64,000 bases of DNA from Octopus bimaculoides (Eukaryota): assembly GCF_001194135.2 (NCBI RefSeq), contig NC_068995.1:36828777-36892776 (forward strand), written 5' to 3'. The translations under genes were made by a program, and so were the position numbers. Of this stretch, positions 24,656-35,420 are shown piece after piece. Position 1 is the stretch's first letter. Each line of letters begins with the position of its first letter. The notes beneath the pieces are model-generated. The model made no database searches. It saw only the letters and a program-made list of their open reading frames with translations, and was not told where the DNA came from.

Positions 24656-25126
24656 CTGTGTGTCTCTGAGTTTCTCTCTGATTTCTGATTCACAACCAGT
24701 GTTGGTTTGTTTATGTCCTGTAATATAGTAGTTCAGCAAAAGAGACCGGTAGATTAAGTACCAAGCTTAAAAAAGTGTACTGAGGTCAATTCATTTGACT
24801 AAAACCTAACAAGTCGGTGCCACAGCATGGCTACAGTCCAATGACAAAGGTAAGTAAAAGATTAAAAAAGCACGTATTTCCTTAATCACTTAATATATTG
24901 AAACATGCCCTTAACTTAAACAATGTCCTTCAAGATTAGAGAAATTAATATTGCTAAATACTTGTACAAGATAAAGCAGTAGTATTTATCTCAAGGCTGG
25001 TTTATTTACTCCTGCCCAACCACATAGCGACTGTTGACCACTGCAATTAAACACTAACGTCTGATGGCTCCTTACTTCCCCTTCTCTACACTGGAAGAGT
25101 ACTTTTGCTCTTTTTCTTGTTGTTTC

Positions 25127-25158
<32 letters not shown>

Positions 25159-25423
25159 TTTTTCGTCTTTTCTTTCTTTCTTTCTTCCTCCCTTTCCTTC
25201 CCCTCACTATGTTTGATAAAAAAAAGAAAAAGGTGGACATTATTTATTTAACTTGTTATTCATGGAAACTGGAGTTGAACGCAGCAAGTTGTGTATACTT
25301 TATGTGTGTGTGTGTGTGTGTGCATGTGTATGTATTTATGTACATATATACATGTATATATATGTATGCATGAAAGTTAGTGTACATGTGTTTGTGGGTA
25401 CATCATAATGTGTCTTGGTAAGC

Positions 25424-25436
25424 GTTGTCTAGCGAC
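25424..25436. promoter_or_regulatory. Candidate RFX X-box (GTTGTCTAGCGAC) about 1.1 kb upstream of the CCDC81 ATG; second half-site CCTTAGCAAC at 25565-25574
   Basis: Resembles the 13-bp GTTGCCTAGCAAC RFX motif and lies in non-repeat sequence; motif match only. Confidence 0.4.
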
Positions 25437-25517
25437 AAGAAATATACTGGTTGTACCCCTTCGGCCTCGAAAAAGAATAACCTTTCTCTCTCTCTCTCCC
25501 TCCCCCTCTCACACACA

Positions 25518-25553
<36 letters not shown>

Positions 25554-26407
25554 TACACACCTCTCCTTAGCAACGATTACAGTATCTTTAACAAGAATAA
25601 GTTCAACTAAATATACCCCCTCTTTCATTGTGCGGTTTTGAGTGTACGTGTATGTGCATGTGCATACATGTGTGTATGTGTGTGTGTGTGTGTGTGTGTG
25701 GTTATATAACTGGTGACAAATGAATATTTTACTTCCAGTTCATTTAGTTTCATTTCTTCTGCTGCAGAGTGTGTTACCTCTCCTGTTGCACTTCTATTGT
25801 TAACAACAACAAACTCAACAGCACCAAAAGAGCAACAACATCAACAATATCCATACATGAGCCTCTCTGCATGGTGACTTGAGACTTTAGAAATAGCAGC
25901 CAAATTTTTTCTTCAGATACATTCCACCGTCTGAAGGCAGATGATATTTAAGACTTCGGCTACATTAGTCGATATAGGATTAAAAACATGATGCATGGAA
26001 GGAAAACATGGGATGGTCATGGCTGGAAACCTAAGCTAATCATAAGCTTATTTCCTGAAGCCTGACCGAGGGTTAAATAAGGCAAAAACATACAAAACAA
26101 CATAAAACATCGGTGGAATATAATAAAATCTACAGCAGAAACTTTCTTTGATACGAATAAGTTATCTACATTTTAACTATCAATCTATATACCCTCCCTC
26201 CCTCTCTCTCTTTCACTTTCTCTCCCTATATATATATATATATATATACACGTATATATACACACACAAACTCACAAACATACATACATATGTACATACA
26301 TATATATGTATATATATGTGTATATATATATATATGTATATGTATAAATGTATTTGTTGCAAAACTTGCCTAAGTAAGTCGAACAAACAAATACAAGCTA
26401 AATATTG

Positions 26408-26427
26408 ATAATAATAATAATAATAAT

Positions 26428-26506
<79 letters not shown>
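26408..26506. repeat. (AAT)n microsatellite of about 33 units, ending 35 nt upstream of the CCDC81 ATG
   Basis: Read directly from the sequence. Confidence 0.97.
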
Positions 26507-26510
<4 letters not shown>

Positions 26511-26541
26511 GGCACAGGAACAACAATTGGCCACAGCAGAG

Positions 26542-26608
26542 ATGGATGAGTTTTACCGAGAAGTTTCAGAAAGCAAGTTACCAACAGTCAGTGGAATATT
26601 AGAAAAAG
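26542..26608 (+). CDS. CCDC81: CCDC81 first coding exon (MDEFYREVSESKLPTVSGILEK)
   Basis: First in-frame ATG after a stop at 26371; AG|GTAAGT donor; similar to the LPTL.S region of CCDC81. Confidence 0.8.
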
Positions 26609-26845
26609 GTAAGTCAAGAACTTTCTCCATAGAGTTCTTATTGTTTACATGGCTACACAGTAAGTTTAAGAGTGGCAGGTGTATATTGTGTGTGTGTGTG
26701 CTTGCGTATATATGTATATAAGTACATATGTGTATATATGTGTGTGTGTATATGTGTGTGTGTATATATGTGTGTGTGTATATATGTGTGTGCGTATATA
26801 TGTGTGTGTGTATATATGTATATATATGTATATATGTGTATATAT

Positions 26846-27252
26846 TCTTTCTTTTATTCTTTCTTTTACTTGTTTCAGTCATTTGACTGCGGTCATGCTG
26901 GAGCACCACCTTTAGTTAAACAAATTGACTCCAGGACTTATTCTTTGTAAGCTTAGTACTTATTTTGTTGGTCTGTTTTGCTGAACCGCTAAGTTACAGG
27001 GGTCATAGACACACCAGCATCGGTTGCCAAGTGATGGTGGGAGGACAAACACAGAATCACAAAAATACACACACACACATATACATACACGATGGGTTTC
27101 TTTCAGTTTCCGTCTACCAGATCCACTCACAAAGTTTTGGTCGGCCAGAGGCTATAGTAGAAGACACTCGCCCAAGATGTCACACAGTGGAACTGAACCC
27201 AGAACCATGTGGTTAGTAAGCAAACTACTTATCACACAACCACTCCTGTGCC

Positions 27253-27253
<1 letters not shown>
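26846..27253 (-). mobile_element. SINE family B, full copy, antisense in CCDC81 intron 1
   Basis: Reverse complement is collinear with 47467-47846. Confidence 0.85.
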
Positions 27254-27295
<42 letters not shown>

Positions 27296-27761
27296 ATGCG
27301 TGTGTATGTGTGTGTGCGTGCGTGTGTGTGCGTGTGTGTGTGTGCGCGTCTACGTGTGCAATGTAGGAAACTCAGATGGAGAACTGAGATGTTTAGCAAA
27401 TCTTCACTGTACTCCTAATCGATTAAATTTGGAGGATGTGAGCTAATTTGTTGTGCTTTTTGTCCTTAGAAAGTACATATGTAAATATATATGTATATGT
27501 ATGTAAGTATGTATGTGGGTACGTATGTATATTGTGTATGTATATGTGTGTGTATATATGTATATATGATTGTGTATATATGAATATATGATTGTGTATA
27601 TGTACAAGGCATGGCTTTGTGGTAAGAAGCTTGCTTGCCAACCACATCGTTCCGGGTTCAGTCCCACTACATGGTTCCTTGGGCAAGTGTATTCTACTAT
27701 AACCATAGACCACCTAACGTCTTGTAAGTGGATTTGGTAGGCAGAAACTGAAAGAAGCATG

Positions 27762-27799
<38 letters not shown>

Positions 27800-27805
<6 letters not shown>

Positions 27806-28000
27806 AGAATTCACAAACAAACAAAAGACGAAGACAGGTGGTGTAGACAACAAACAGATGTATTAGTTTAACGCTCTGGAAGTGAAAAAGTCTTTAATGT
27901 TTCGAGCCTATGCTCTTCCACAGAAAGGAACACAGAAAGAAACAAAGAGAGAAAATGACGAATGTGTAGTGGCTAGCAATCTATCATGGCGAATGCCGGA
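27800..28000 (-). mobile_element. Inverted copy of the 24400-24620 Penelope-like repeat
   Basis: Reverse complement matches 24410-24620; abuts (TA)n. Confidence 0.7.
27892..27927 (-). ncRNA. Hammerhead-like motif, variant core (CTTT-CTGTGGA-A-GAGC-ATAG-GCTC-GAAAC-AT-T-AAAG)
   Basis: Inverted copy of the 24.4-24.6 kb repeat family. Confidence 0.5.
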
Positions 28001-29067
28001 CAGAGGGGTATGTATGTACATATTTGTGTGTGTCTCTGTGTCTGTCCCCCACCATCACCATTTGAAATCAGTGCTGGTGTGTTTATGCCCCCGTAGCTAA
28101 GCAGTTTGGCAAAAGAGACCAGTAGAATAAATACTAGGCTTAAGAAATAGGTCCTGAGGTTGATTTGTTTGACTAAAGCCCTTCAAGGTTGTGCTCCAGC
28201 TTGGCCGCTGTTGAATAACTTAAAGAAATAAAAGAATTCATAGAAGAAAGTGGCAAACTGGCAGAATGGTTAGAGAGTTGGATAGAATACCACTCCCCAC
28301 ACTCCCCACACTCACCACCAACAGTTATTCTGATTCTCTGCATTCTGTGTTTAAATCCCATCAAAGTCAACTTTGCCAGTCATCCTTTTGGGGGGTTGAT
28401 ATAAATGTACCAGTCCGGGCTGATAGAGTGGTAGCACTGATAGAGAGTCTGGTGAAATGTCTTGTGCTATATTTTCTGCTATTTGTGCTTTAACAGTAAT
28501 GCCAATGGACATGTTGATGTCAAGCTGTATTGGGCCATGTTGATGGTCTTTCCCTTGCAAAAAGGGAGACTTGCATGTATGGGAAAATGCCAGTCTTTTT
28601 CACAAAAAATCACTCCTGAGTCTGTACATACATGTGCAGTTGTATGGTGAACTTTGACTGATGGAGACCCTGTATAAAGAAAAAGCTGGTTTCTAGCAAA
28701 GAAACAAAACTACATCAGTGGAATTTTGTGATCTTTTCTGTTGAATTTACGGATCTTTTTTATTCCTGTCATAGTTTTCTATTTTTAAAAAATTTAGTTC
28801 CAATTGTTTTCAAATTTAGTGTACTGATTTAGTTTTGTATACCATTTATGAAAATGAAACACATTTTGCTATAAATTAATAAATAAAAAAAAGTTTGTAG
28901 CTTTTCAAGTTTGCAAATTTTGGGTAATTTTAGCCATTTGAAAGCCACGGATATATTGGTGCCTGTTTCCATAGTGACAAGTGAGGCTGTAGTCTGCTGC
29001 CTGAACCACCATCACAATCATGAATATGTTCTTTTAGCCTGTGTATTTTCTTTGACAATGAATCAAT

Positions 29068-29205
29068 CCCTAAACTCTGAACCCTAAACTCTAAAACCTA
29101 AACTCTAAACCCTAACCCCTAACTGTAACCTCAAGCCCTAACCCTAACCTTAAACTCTCACTCTCAACCTAAACCCTAGCCTTAACCCTTAACCCTAAAC
29201 CTAAC
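29068..29205. repeat. Degenerate telomere-like (CCCTAA/CCCTAAA) tract
   Basis: accctaaact, cctaacccctaa, ccctaaccctaacc, ttaaccctaaacctaac. Confidence 0.7.
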
Positions 29206-29287
29206 ATACAGTTTGATTTTTTTTCTGTAATTTTTTTGCAAAGAAATTTTGTTGAGGAGTTTTTTCTTTTTTAAATTATTTATATGT

Positions 29288-29692
29288 AGGCACAAGCATG
29301 ACTGTGTGGTAAGAAGTTTGTTTCCACACCACCTGATTCTAGGTTTAGTCCCATTTTGTGGCACCTTGGGCAAGTGTCTTCTGCTATAGCCTCAGGCTGA
29401 CCAAAGACTTGTGAGTGGATTTGGTAGATGGAAACTGAAAGAGGCCATCATATGTGTGTGTGTGTGTGTGCGTGTGTGTGTTTGTGTGTGTGTTTATTCC
29501 CCACCACCGTCTGACAACTGGTGTTGGTTTGTTTATGCTTTTGCTATTTAACAGTTTGGCAAAGGAATCCAATGGAATATGTACTAGGCATAAAAAATAA
29601 TTCCGAGGGTCAATTTGTATAACTAAAGCCCTTCAAGGCAATGCCCCAGCATGGCCACAGTCAAATGACTGAAACAAGTAAAAGATAAAAGA
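29288..29692 (+). mobile_element. SINE family B, full copy
   Basis: Collinear with 47467-47846. Confidence 0.85.
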
Positions 29693-30137
29693 TACCTGTT
29701 TGACTGTTTCACATGACTTTTTTCATAGAAACTGATTAAAACCTCTTACAACTTTCATTGTTATAATGTTTTGCTTTCATTTTGTTTGCTAAAACTTCAT
29801 CATTGTGATGTTTCAGCTTTCATTTTGTGATAGATAGCTATCATGCAGAAAATGCCGGTTTCTAGATTCTGTTTTCTGATTGGATAAAAATAATCAAACT
29901 TTAACCTCTGAAACAGTTGAAATAAATGAATCACTAAAATCAGATTCAGCATGAAAAAGTACATCATTATACCAAATTTGAAAATCTTCACTTAATTGGC
30001 ACTCCATTGGTTGTGATGACAAGGGTTCTAGTTAATCCAATCAATGGAACTGCCTGCTCATGAAATTAACATGAAAGTGGCTGACCACTCCACTGACACA
30101 TGTACCTATAATGTAGTTCTCAGGGATATTTAGTCGA

Positions 30138-30319
30138 CACCTTCTCCCTCTTCCTAATTCCCCTTAAAATGGCATTCCTACCTGGCCCCTAACTTTCCTC
30201 CCCAACTAACTCTTCTCATTCTTTTTATTTTCCCTATTGGCTTTTCTTGTTCTTTCATATTTTTCTGATGAAGGATTAGTGTCCAAAATATCAAGACACT
30301 TACCCTCTTTTTTAAGCAT
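30138..30319 (+). repeat. 182-bp hammerhead-bearing segment duplicated at 32459-32640, inserted here inside a SINE
   Basis: Near-identical sequence at both sites; the SINE continues on both sides of this copy. Confidence 0.85.
30261..30296 (+). ncRNA. Degenerate type I hammerhead (TTTT-CTGATGA-A-GGAT-TAGT-GTCC-AAAAT-AT-C-AAGA)
   Basis: Canonical CUGAUGA, 4-bp stem II, palindromic AUAU stem III, AUC triplet; G12 reads A. Confidence 0.6.
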
Positions 30320-30611
30320 GTGGCATGGTTGGCCTCTTTGAATTACAGGTACTACACATTTTTGTTAGCTGAGTGGGCTGGAGCAACATGAAATAAAGTG
30401 TCTTGCTCAAGGACACAATGTGTAGCCTAGAATTCACGGCCTTAATTTTAAAATTTCAAAATCTGACAACAAAAAAGATCTCAATTTAGATAACAACAAT
30501 CAGGAAGAAACACGTGTTTTATCAAGAATAAAAAGTTTAGAATGGTACAACAATGCACTATAAAACAAAAAAATGGACTATATACCTGTTGTAATTTGGT
30601 TATCTATAGTC

Positions 30612-30649
30612 CAATGATATTTTGGAATTACAATTCCTTCTTCAGATCG
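30612..30649 (-). ncRNA. Degenerate type I hammerhead (CGAT-CTGAAGA-A-GGAAT-TGTA-ATTCC-AAAAT-AT-C-ATTG)
   Basis: CUGANGA core, perfect 5-bp stem II, stem I CGAT/ATTG; G12 reads A. Confidence 0.6.
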
Positions 30650-31776
30650 TCTTAGCTGGAGTCTCCGCTATAAACTGTTTTCCAACGGTTTTCTTTTTTC
30701 GGAAGCGTCTCAGTAGTGGTCTCACGAAGCTTCTTCCGGAATTTCTCATGAGAAGTGCGTGAGGTCGGCTATGTTTCAATCTCGTGTGTGTAATATTCTC
30801 CTACATGTTTTATCATTTATCTCTTGCTTATTTTAGTTGTTGGACTGTGGCCATGCTGGGGCATTGCCTTGAAGGGTTTTAGTTGAACAAAGTGACCCTA
30901 GTAATTATTTGTTTAAAGCCTGGTACTTATTCAATTAGTGACTTTTGCTGAACTGCTAAGTTATGAGGATGTAATAAAACCAACACCAGTTGCTAAACAG
31001 TGGTGGGGGATAAACACAAATGCAAAGACACACAGAGATACATACATATATACAGATACATACATGTATACATACACAGATACATACATATATACATATA
31101 TACATAACTGGCTTCTTTCAGTTTCCATCTATCAAATCCATCTACAAGGCTTTAGTTGACTTTGAGTTATAATAGAAGACATTTTCCCCCCAAGGTACCA
31201 TGCAGTGGAACTGAACCCAAACCACATGAAAGGGAAGCAAACTTCTCAGCTATGTAGCCGTGCTTGTGTCTATAGGCAAAAGTTTAGAAAAGTTTTGTAT
31301 ATTTTTACTGTTCTGCTTACTAAATGAATTTGCAAAGTATCTGTTAACAGATCACTTTCTTCGCTCCTAGATCCCAGTTTTTCTGAGATTTTTACTTGCA
31401 TATTTACAAACATTATCAAATGCATTCATAGTTATTGACGTAAATCATCGTCGTCGTCGTCGTTGTCGTCGTCGTCATCATCATCATTATCATCATCATC
31501 ATCATCATTGTCCTTGTCATGATGATCCTTTAATGTCTGTTTTCCATGCTGGCATGAGTTGGATAGTTTGACCAGAGCTAACATGCATGCAAGAGAGCTA
31601 CAGTAGGTTCCAGTCTGATTTGGCTTGATTTTTACAGCTGGATGCCTTTCTTAACACCAGTCATTTTACAGAGTGTACTGGGTGCTTTTTGTGTGGCACT
31701 GGCGCATAAAAAGATTTATGCAAATTTATAATCTCAGTAAAGAAGCCGTAGGTTACAGGACAGTTATCTCTATATA

Positions 31777-32311
31777 CAGGGTGTTCCAGAATTAACCATC
31801 TATTTCTGAGAAATTGGGCAATTTTTTAAAAACTCATTTCTATTTATGTTTCTCATGTTTAATGTGTTAAAAGTGTATAAACTTTTAATTTTGTTTTAGT
31901 TTTTATAATTTTTATAATTTCTTTTTTTTTTATAATTTTATTTCCATTCCTGTTGGACCCCACTTATGTGTCTATGATAGCTTATTTTCAATGTGGCTGC
32001 AATCATTTTCTCTACCTTTATCCCCAAGATGGAACAATAGTTTAGCTGAACTTAAAGAATGCATTCAGTTAGAAGTGCAGGAGACAACTCCTGAAATCTT
32101 TCGAAATATGTTTTGCAATGTTAAGGATAGGTTTGAAATTTTCAAGGATACAGACAGAGCACACATTGAAAATTTTCAATAAAACTTTGATGTAAGATTT
32201 ATAATTCTATTTGTTATGGTATCATAATTAAGTAATAGACTTAAAATTCAGTCAGTTTTTTAAAATTTGCCTGATTTCATTCAAATAAATAGTTAACTCT
32301 GGAACATTCTG
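31777..32311 (+). mobile_element. Non-autonomous Tc1/mariner-superfamily element (rosa/maT-like termini) with a transposase C-terminal remnant
   Basis: TIRs CAGGGTGTTCCAGAATTAAC / GTTAACTCTGGAACATTCTG, TA on both sides; ...LAELKECIQLEVQETTPEIFRNMF...HIENFQ-stop. Confidence 0.85.
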
Positions 32312-32358
32312 TATATTCCTTACACACCAACCACAGAAATCAGATGTGCACCATACCA

Positions 32359-32401
<43 letters not shown>

Positions 32402-32581
32402 GTTTCCCTATGCTCAAGTCTATACATGAATATCCTCCTATGCCTGCACAGTCTGTCCCACCTTCTCCCTCTTCCTAATTCCCCTTAAAATGGCATTCCT
32501 ACCTGGCCCCTAACTTTCCTTCCCAACTAGCTCTTCTCATCCTTTTTATTTTCCTTACTGGCTTTCCTTGTTCTTGCATAT

Positions 32582-32617
32582 TTTTCTGATGAAGGACTAG
32601 TGTCCAAAATATCAAGA
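32582..32617 (+). ncRNA. Degenerate type I hammerhead (TTTT-CTGATGA-A-GGAC-TAGT-GTCC-AAAAT-AT-C-AAGA)
   Basis: Paralog of 30261-30296 with a perfect GGAC/GTCC stem II. Confidence 0.62.
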
Positions 32618-33126
32618 CACTTACCCTCTTTTTTAAGCATTAAAATAATACTATAGCTATTAAAACTTGTCCTTCCTGTGTTGTCTTCTTTTTGTGTTCA
32701 TTAAAAAATCTATATTCTTTTCTCACTGATTTCGAAAGAAATATTTATATCTGCAGGACAACTGATCTTTATAGCTGTTCANNNNNNNNNNNNNNNNNNN
32801 NNNNNNNNNNNNNNNNNNNNNNNNNNNNNNNNNNNNNNNNNNNNNNNNNNNNNNNNNNNNNNNNNNNNNNNNNNNNNNNNNNNNNNNNNNNNNNNNNNNN
32901 NNNNNNNNNNNNNNNNNNNNNNNNNNNNNNNNNNNNNNNNNNNNNNNNNNNNNNNNNNNNNNNNNNTATAATTATGTGTATTTCTTCTATCTTAATGAAT
33001 AAAAATTCTTCTGATAGAATAAATGGGTTAATAGAAACCAATGTAGCAAAGAACACAAAATAAATGTGGTTTAGTTCCTGTTTTTAAAGCAGGAACTCCT
33101 TGAAATTTTGGGTATTTGAGTATATT

Positions 33127-33216
33127 TAAGAATTTAAGGAATGGAGAAACCGCATGTTATAATTGCATTTATAATTGCAATTATAACATGCGTTTTCTCC
33201 ATTCCTTAAATTCTTA
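33127..33216. repeat. Near-perfect hairpin, 41-bp arms, 8-nt loop, one mismatch
   Basis: taagaatttaaggaatggagaaaccgcatgttataattgca / tgcaattataacatgcgttttctccattccttaaattctta. Confidence 0.92.
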
Positions 33217-34474
33217 TATATATATAGATAGATAGATAGATATGACCTGCTGGGTTTTAGCAATTTTTGTCACTTTAGCTTGGTGTGAGGCTTGATTTAG
33301 TCACCAGCAAAACAAATATGCAACAGGTTGTATTGAATTACATATTGCCAGCAGCACTCAGAAGGACCTAGCATTATATACACAACCTGTCAAAAGGATT
33401 GGTGTACCCAGTATATCAGGGTCAATGATGATTGAGCTGTAGTGCATAGGGAGATAGAAATATTCCCTGTGATAAATGAGTATACTTTGAAACCATATTA
33501 AGAGTGATGAATGACTGAAAGTTCTTCTCAGAACCTTCGTCTAAAACCTGAAGATTATTAAGTTTCTTGCTGTCCCAACCAAAATTGGAACACTGGGAAG
33601 GAAGCTATTTGGTCTTACAGTGAATAGAGTTCTGAATACTCTTTGTTCATTAGAGACTTGCAAGTAGGTTGATTGTGCAATTGCTTTTGCCAAATGAAAG
33701 CTCCACATAGCTGATACCAATGGGTTTTAGAGGTCATCAGGTGAAAATGCACACCATTCTGGGGCCTTGAGGGTTTTACTGTGCACTGCTCTCCCAACAG
33801 CCACCCATCTCATTGTTGGGAGGCTCTGATTATTTGATCAACCAACTAGTATTTCATCTTAAGACTGTCACAATGGACTTAAATCAAATACTAGTTCCAT
33901 TCAGCACCATTGAAATCATGAATGGTGCCAAATTAAATGCTAATCCATTCAACTCCCTTCAATCCTAGAATCATACAGGTGTAACTTAATATATAAGCAA
34001 GCAGGTACCTACCTCACACCTGTACATCATTTCTCTAACCAAGTTTCATGAACAAGAACTTAGAACCATAGACAACAGGTTTAAAAAAAAAATTTTTTAA
34101 AATATTGTTTCAGTTGTAGAGATTTGGGTGGCACATGTGTCTGCAAAAAAAGCAACAAAAAAGAAACTAATAAGAAAAACCACTTCTATACTCTCTATGC
34201 TTGTAGGAACAAATGAAAGATGTAGCACAAATGGTTACAGTCACATGTCTTAAGTTGCCTGTGCAGCTGCATACACATCTGCTGCTGCTTTTTAAGAAAT
34301 GCTGCTGGTGTCTAAAAAGTGGTTGCCCATATATGTATGTATGTATCTGCACATGCATATATGTATGAGTATGTGTTTTGTATGTTTGTTCATTTGATTG
34401 CATGTATGAATTTGTATAATTTGTCTTATGTATGTATGTGTAGGCACAAGCATGGGTGTGTGGTAAGAAGCTTG

Positions 34475-35420
34475 TGATGCATACTGATATTATCCATCCA
34501 ACAGACTATGCTAGCTGTATTGTTTTTCAATCCTTTGCAAGTCCTTTGTAGTCAAAGCCCATGTTTTACTGTCATGTGACATAGCTGTACGTACACAAGC
34601 ATCATACAATCTGCCTTTCACTCTGAGAGAGAGACCCTTAGTTACAAACAAAGGTAGGAGCTCTTGAACTTTGCTAGCCTGTTCTTATCCTTAACTACAT
34701 TTTCAGAACTTCCCCCTCCATTACTAACTTGGTCTTCTAGGTAACAGAAGCTATCTACTACTTCTAATGACCCCCCCCACCTTATTATTTGAAGGAGTCT
34801 ATTGTCTGCACATTTTTAGTGCTTATTGTATTTGAACTTTGCCACACACAAAGACTACATTCTCCATTAATCTTTCTGTGATACTGCTGCATTTCTTATA
34901 TGTCCAAAGCTTGTAGTGGGTACAACATATGGAATTTACTACCAATATCCTTTTTACATATCAAGCAGGGCCAGTTCCCAGAAGGGACTTGTGATTTGTC
35001 TGTTTTCCTACTTATTAGGACTTTGGTTTTTGCTAAATTAACTCTAAAGCCCTTAGATTCCAGGCTTTGCTTCCACACCTGAAATTTTTTCTCTAGGTCA
35101 GGTAGTTATTCAGCTATAAGAACAAGGTCATCAGCATAGAAGACCAGGGATAGCCAGTATTGAATTCCTCTGTTAATTCCTGGAGGATTAAGATAAATAA
35201 GAGGGGGGCTGAGAACTGAACCTTGGTGAACTCCTACCTGTACACTGAATTCATTGTTATACTCATTGCCAACCTTTACTTTATTAGCAGCATCCCTGTA
35301 CATGGCTTGTACAGCTCTCACTAATAACTCATCTATCTCTAGCTTCTGCATTGACCACCATATAAGGGAGTGGTGGATCCTGTCAAAGGCTTTCTCCATG
35401 TCAACTAAAGCCTGGATATT
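34475..35420 (-). mobile_element. RTE-clade LINE reverse transcriptase fragment with stops and frameshifts
   Basis: VDMEKAFDRI, GVHQGSVLSP, FYADDLVLIAE, RVNLAKTKVL, ELLPLFVTKGLSLRVKGRLYDACVRTAM. Confidence 0.92.

Noticed and set aside
23680-25110. Possible minus-strand gene sharing the CCDC81 promoter (donor-like GTAAGG near 25075; open stretch near 23690-23810)
   Set aside because: No consistent acceptor/donor pairs or recognisable protein
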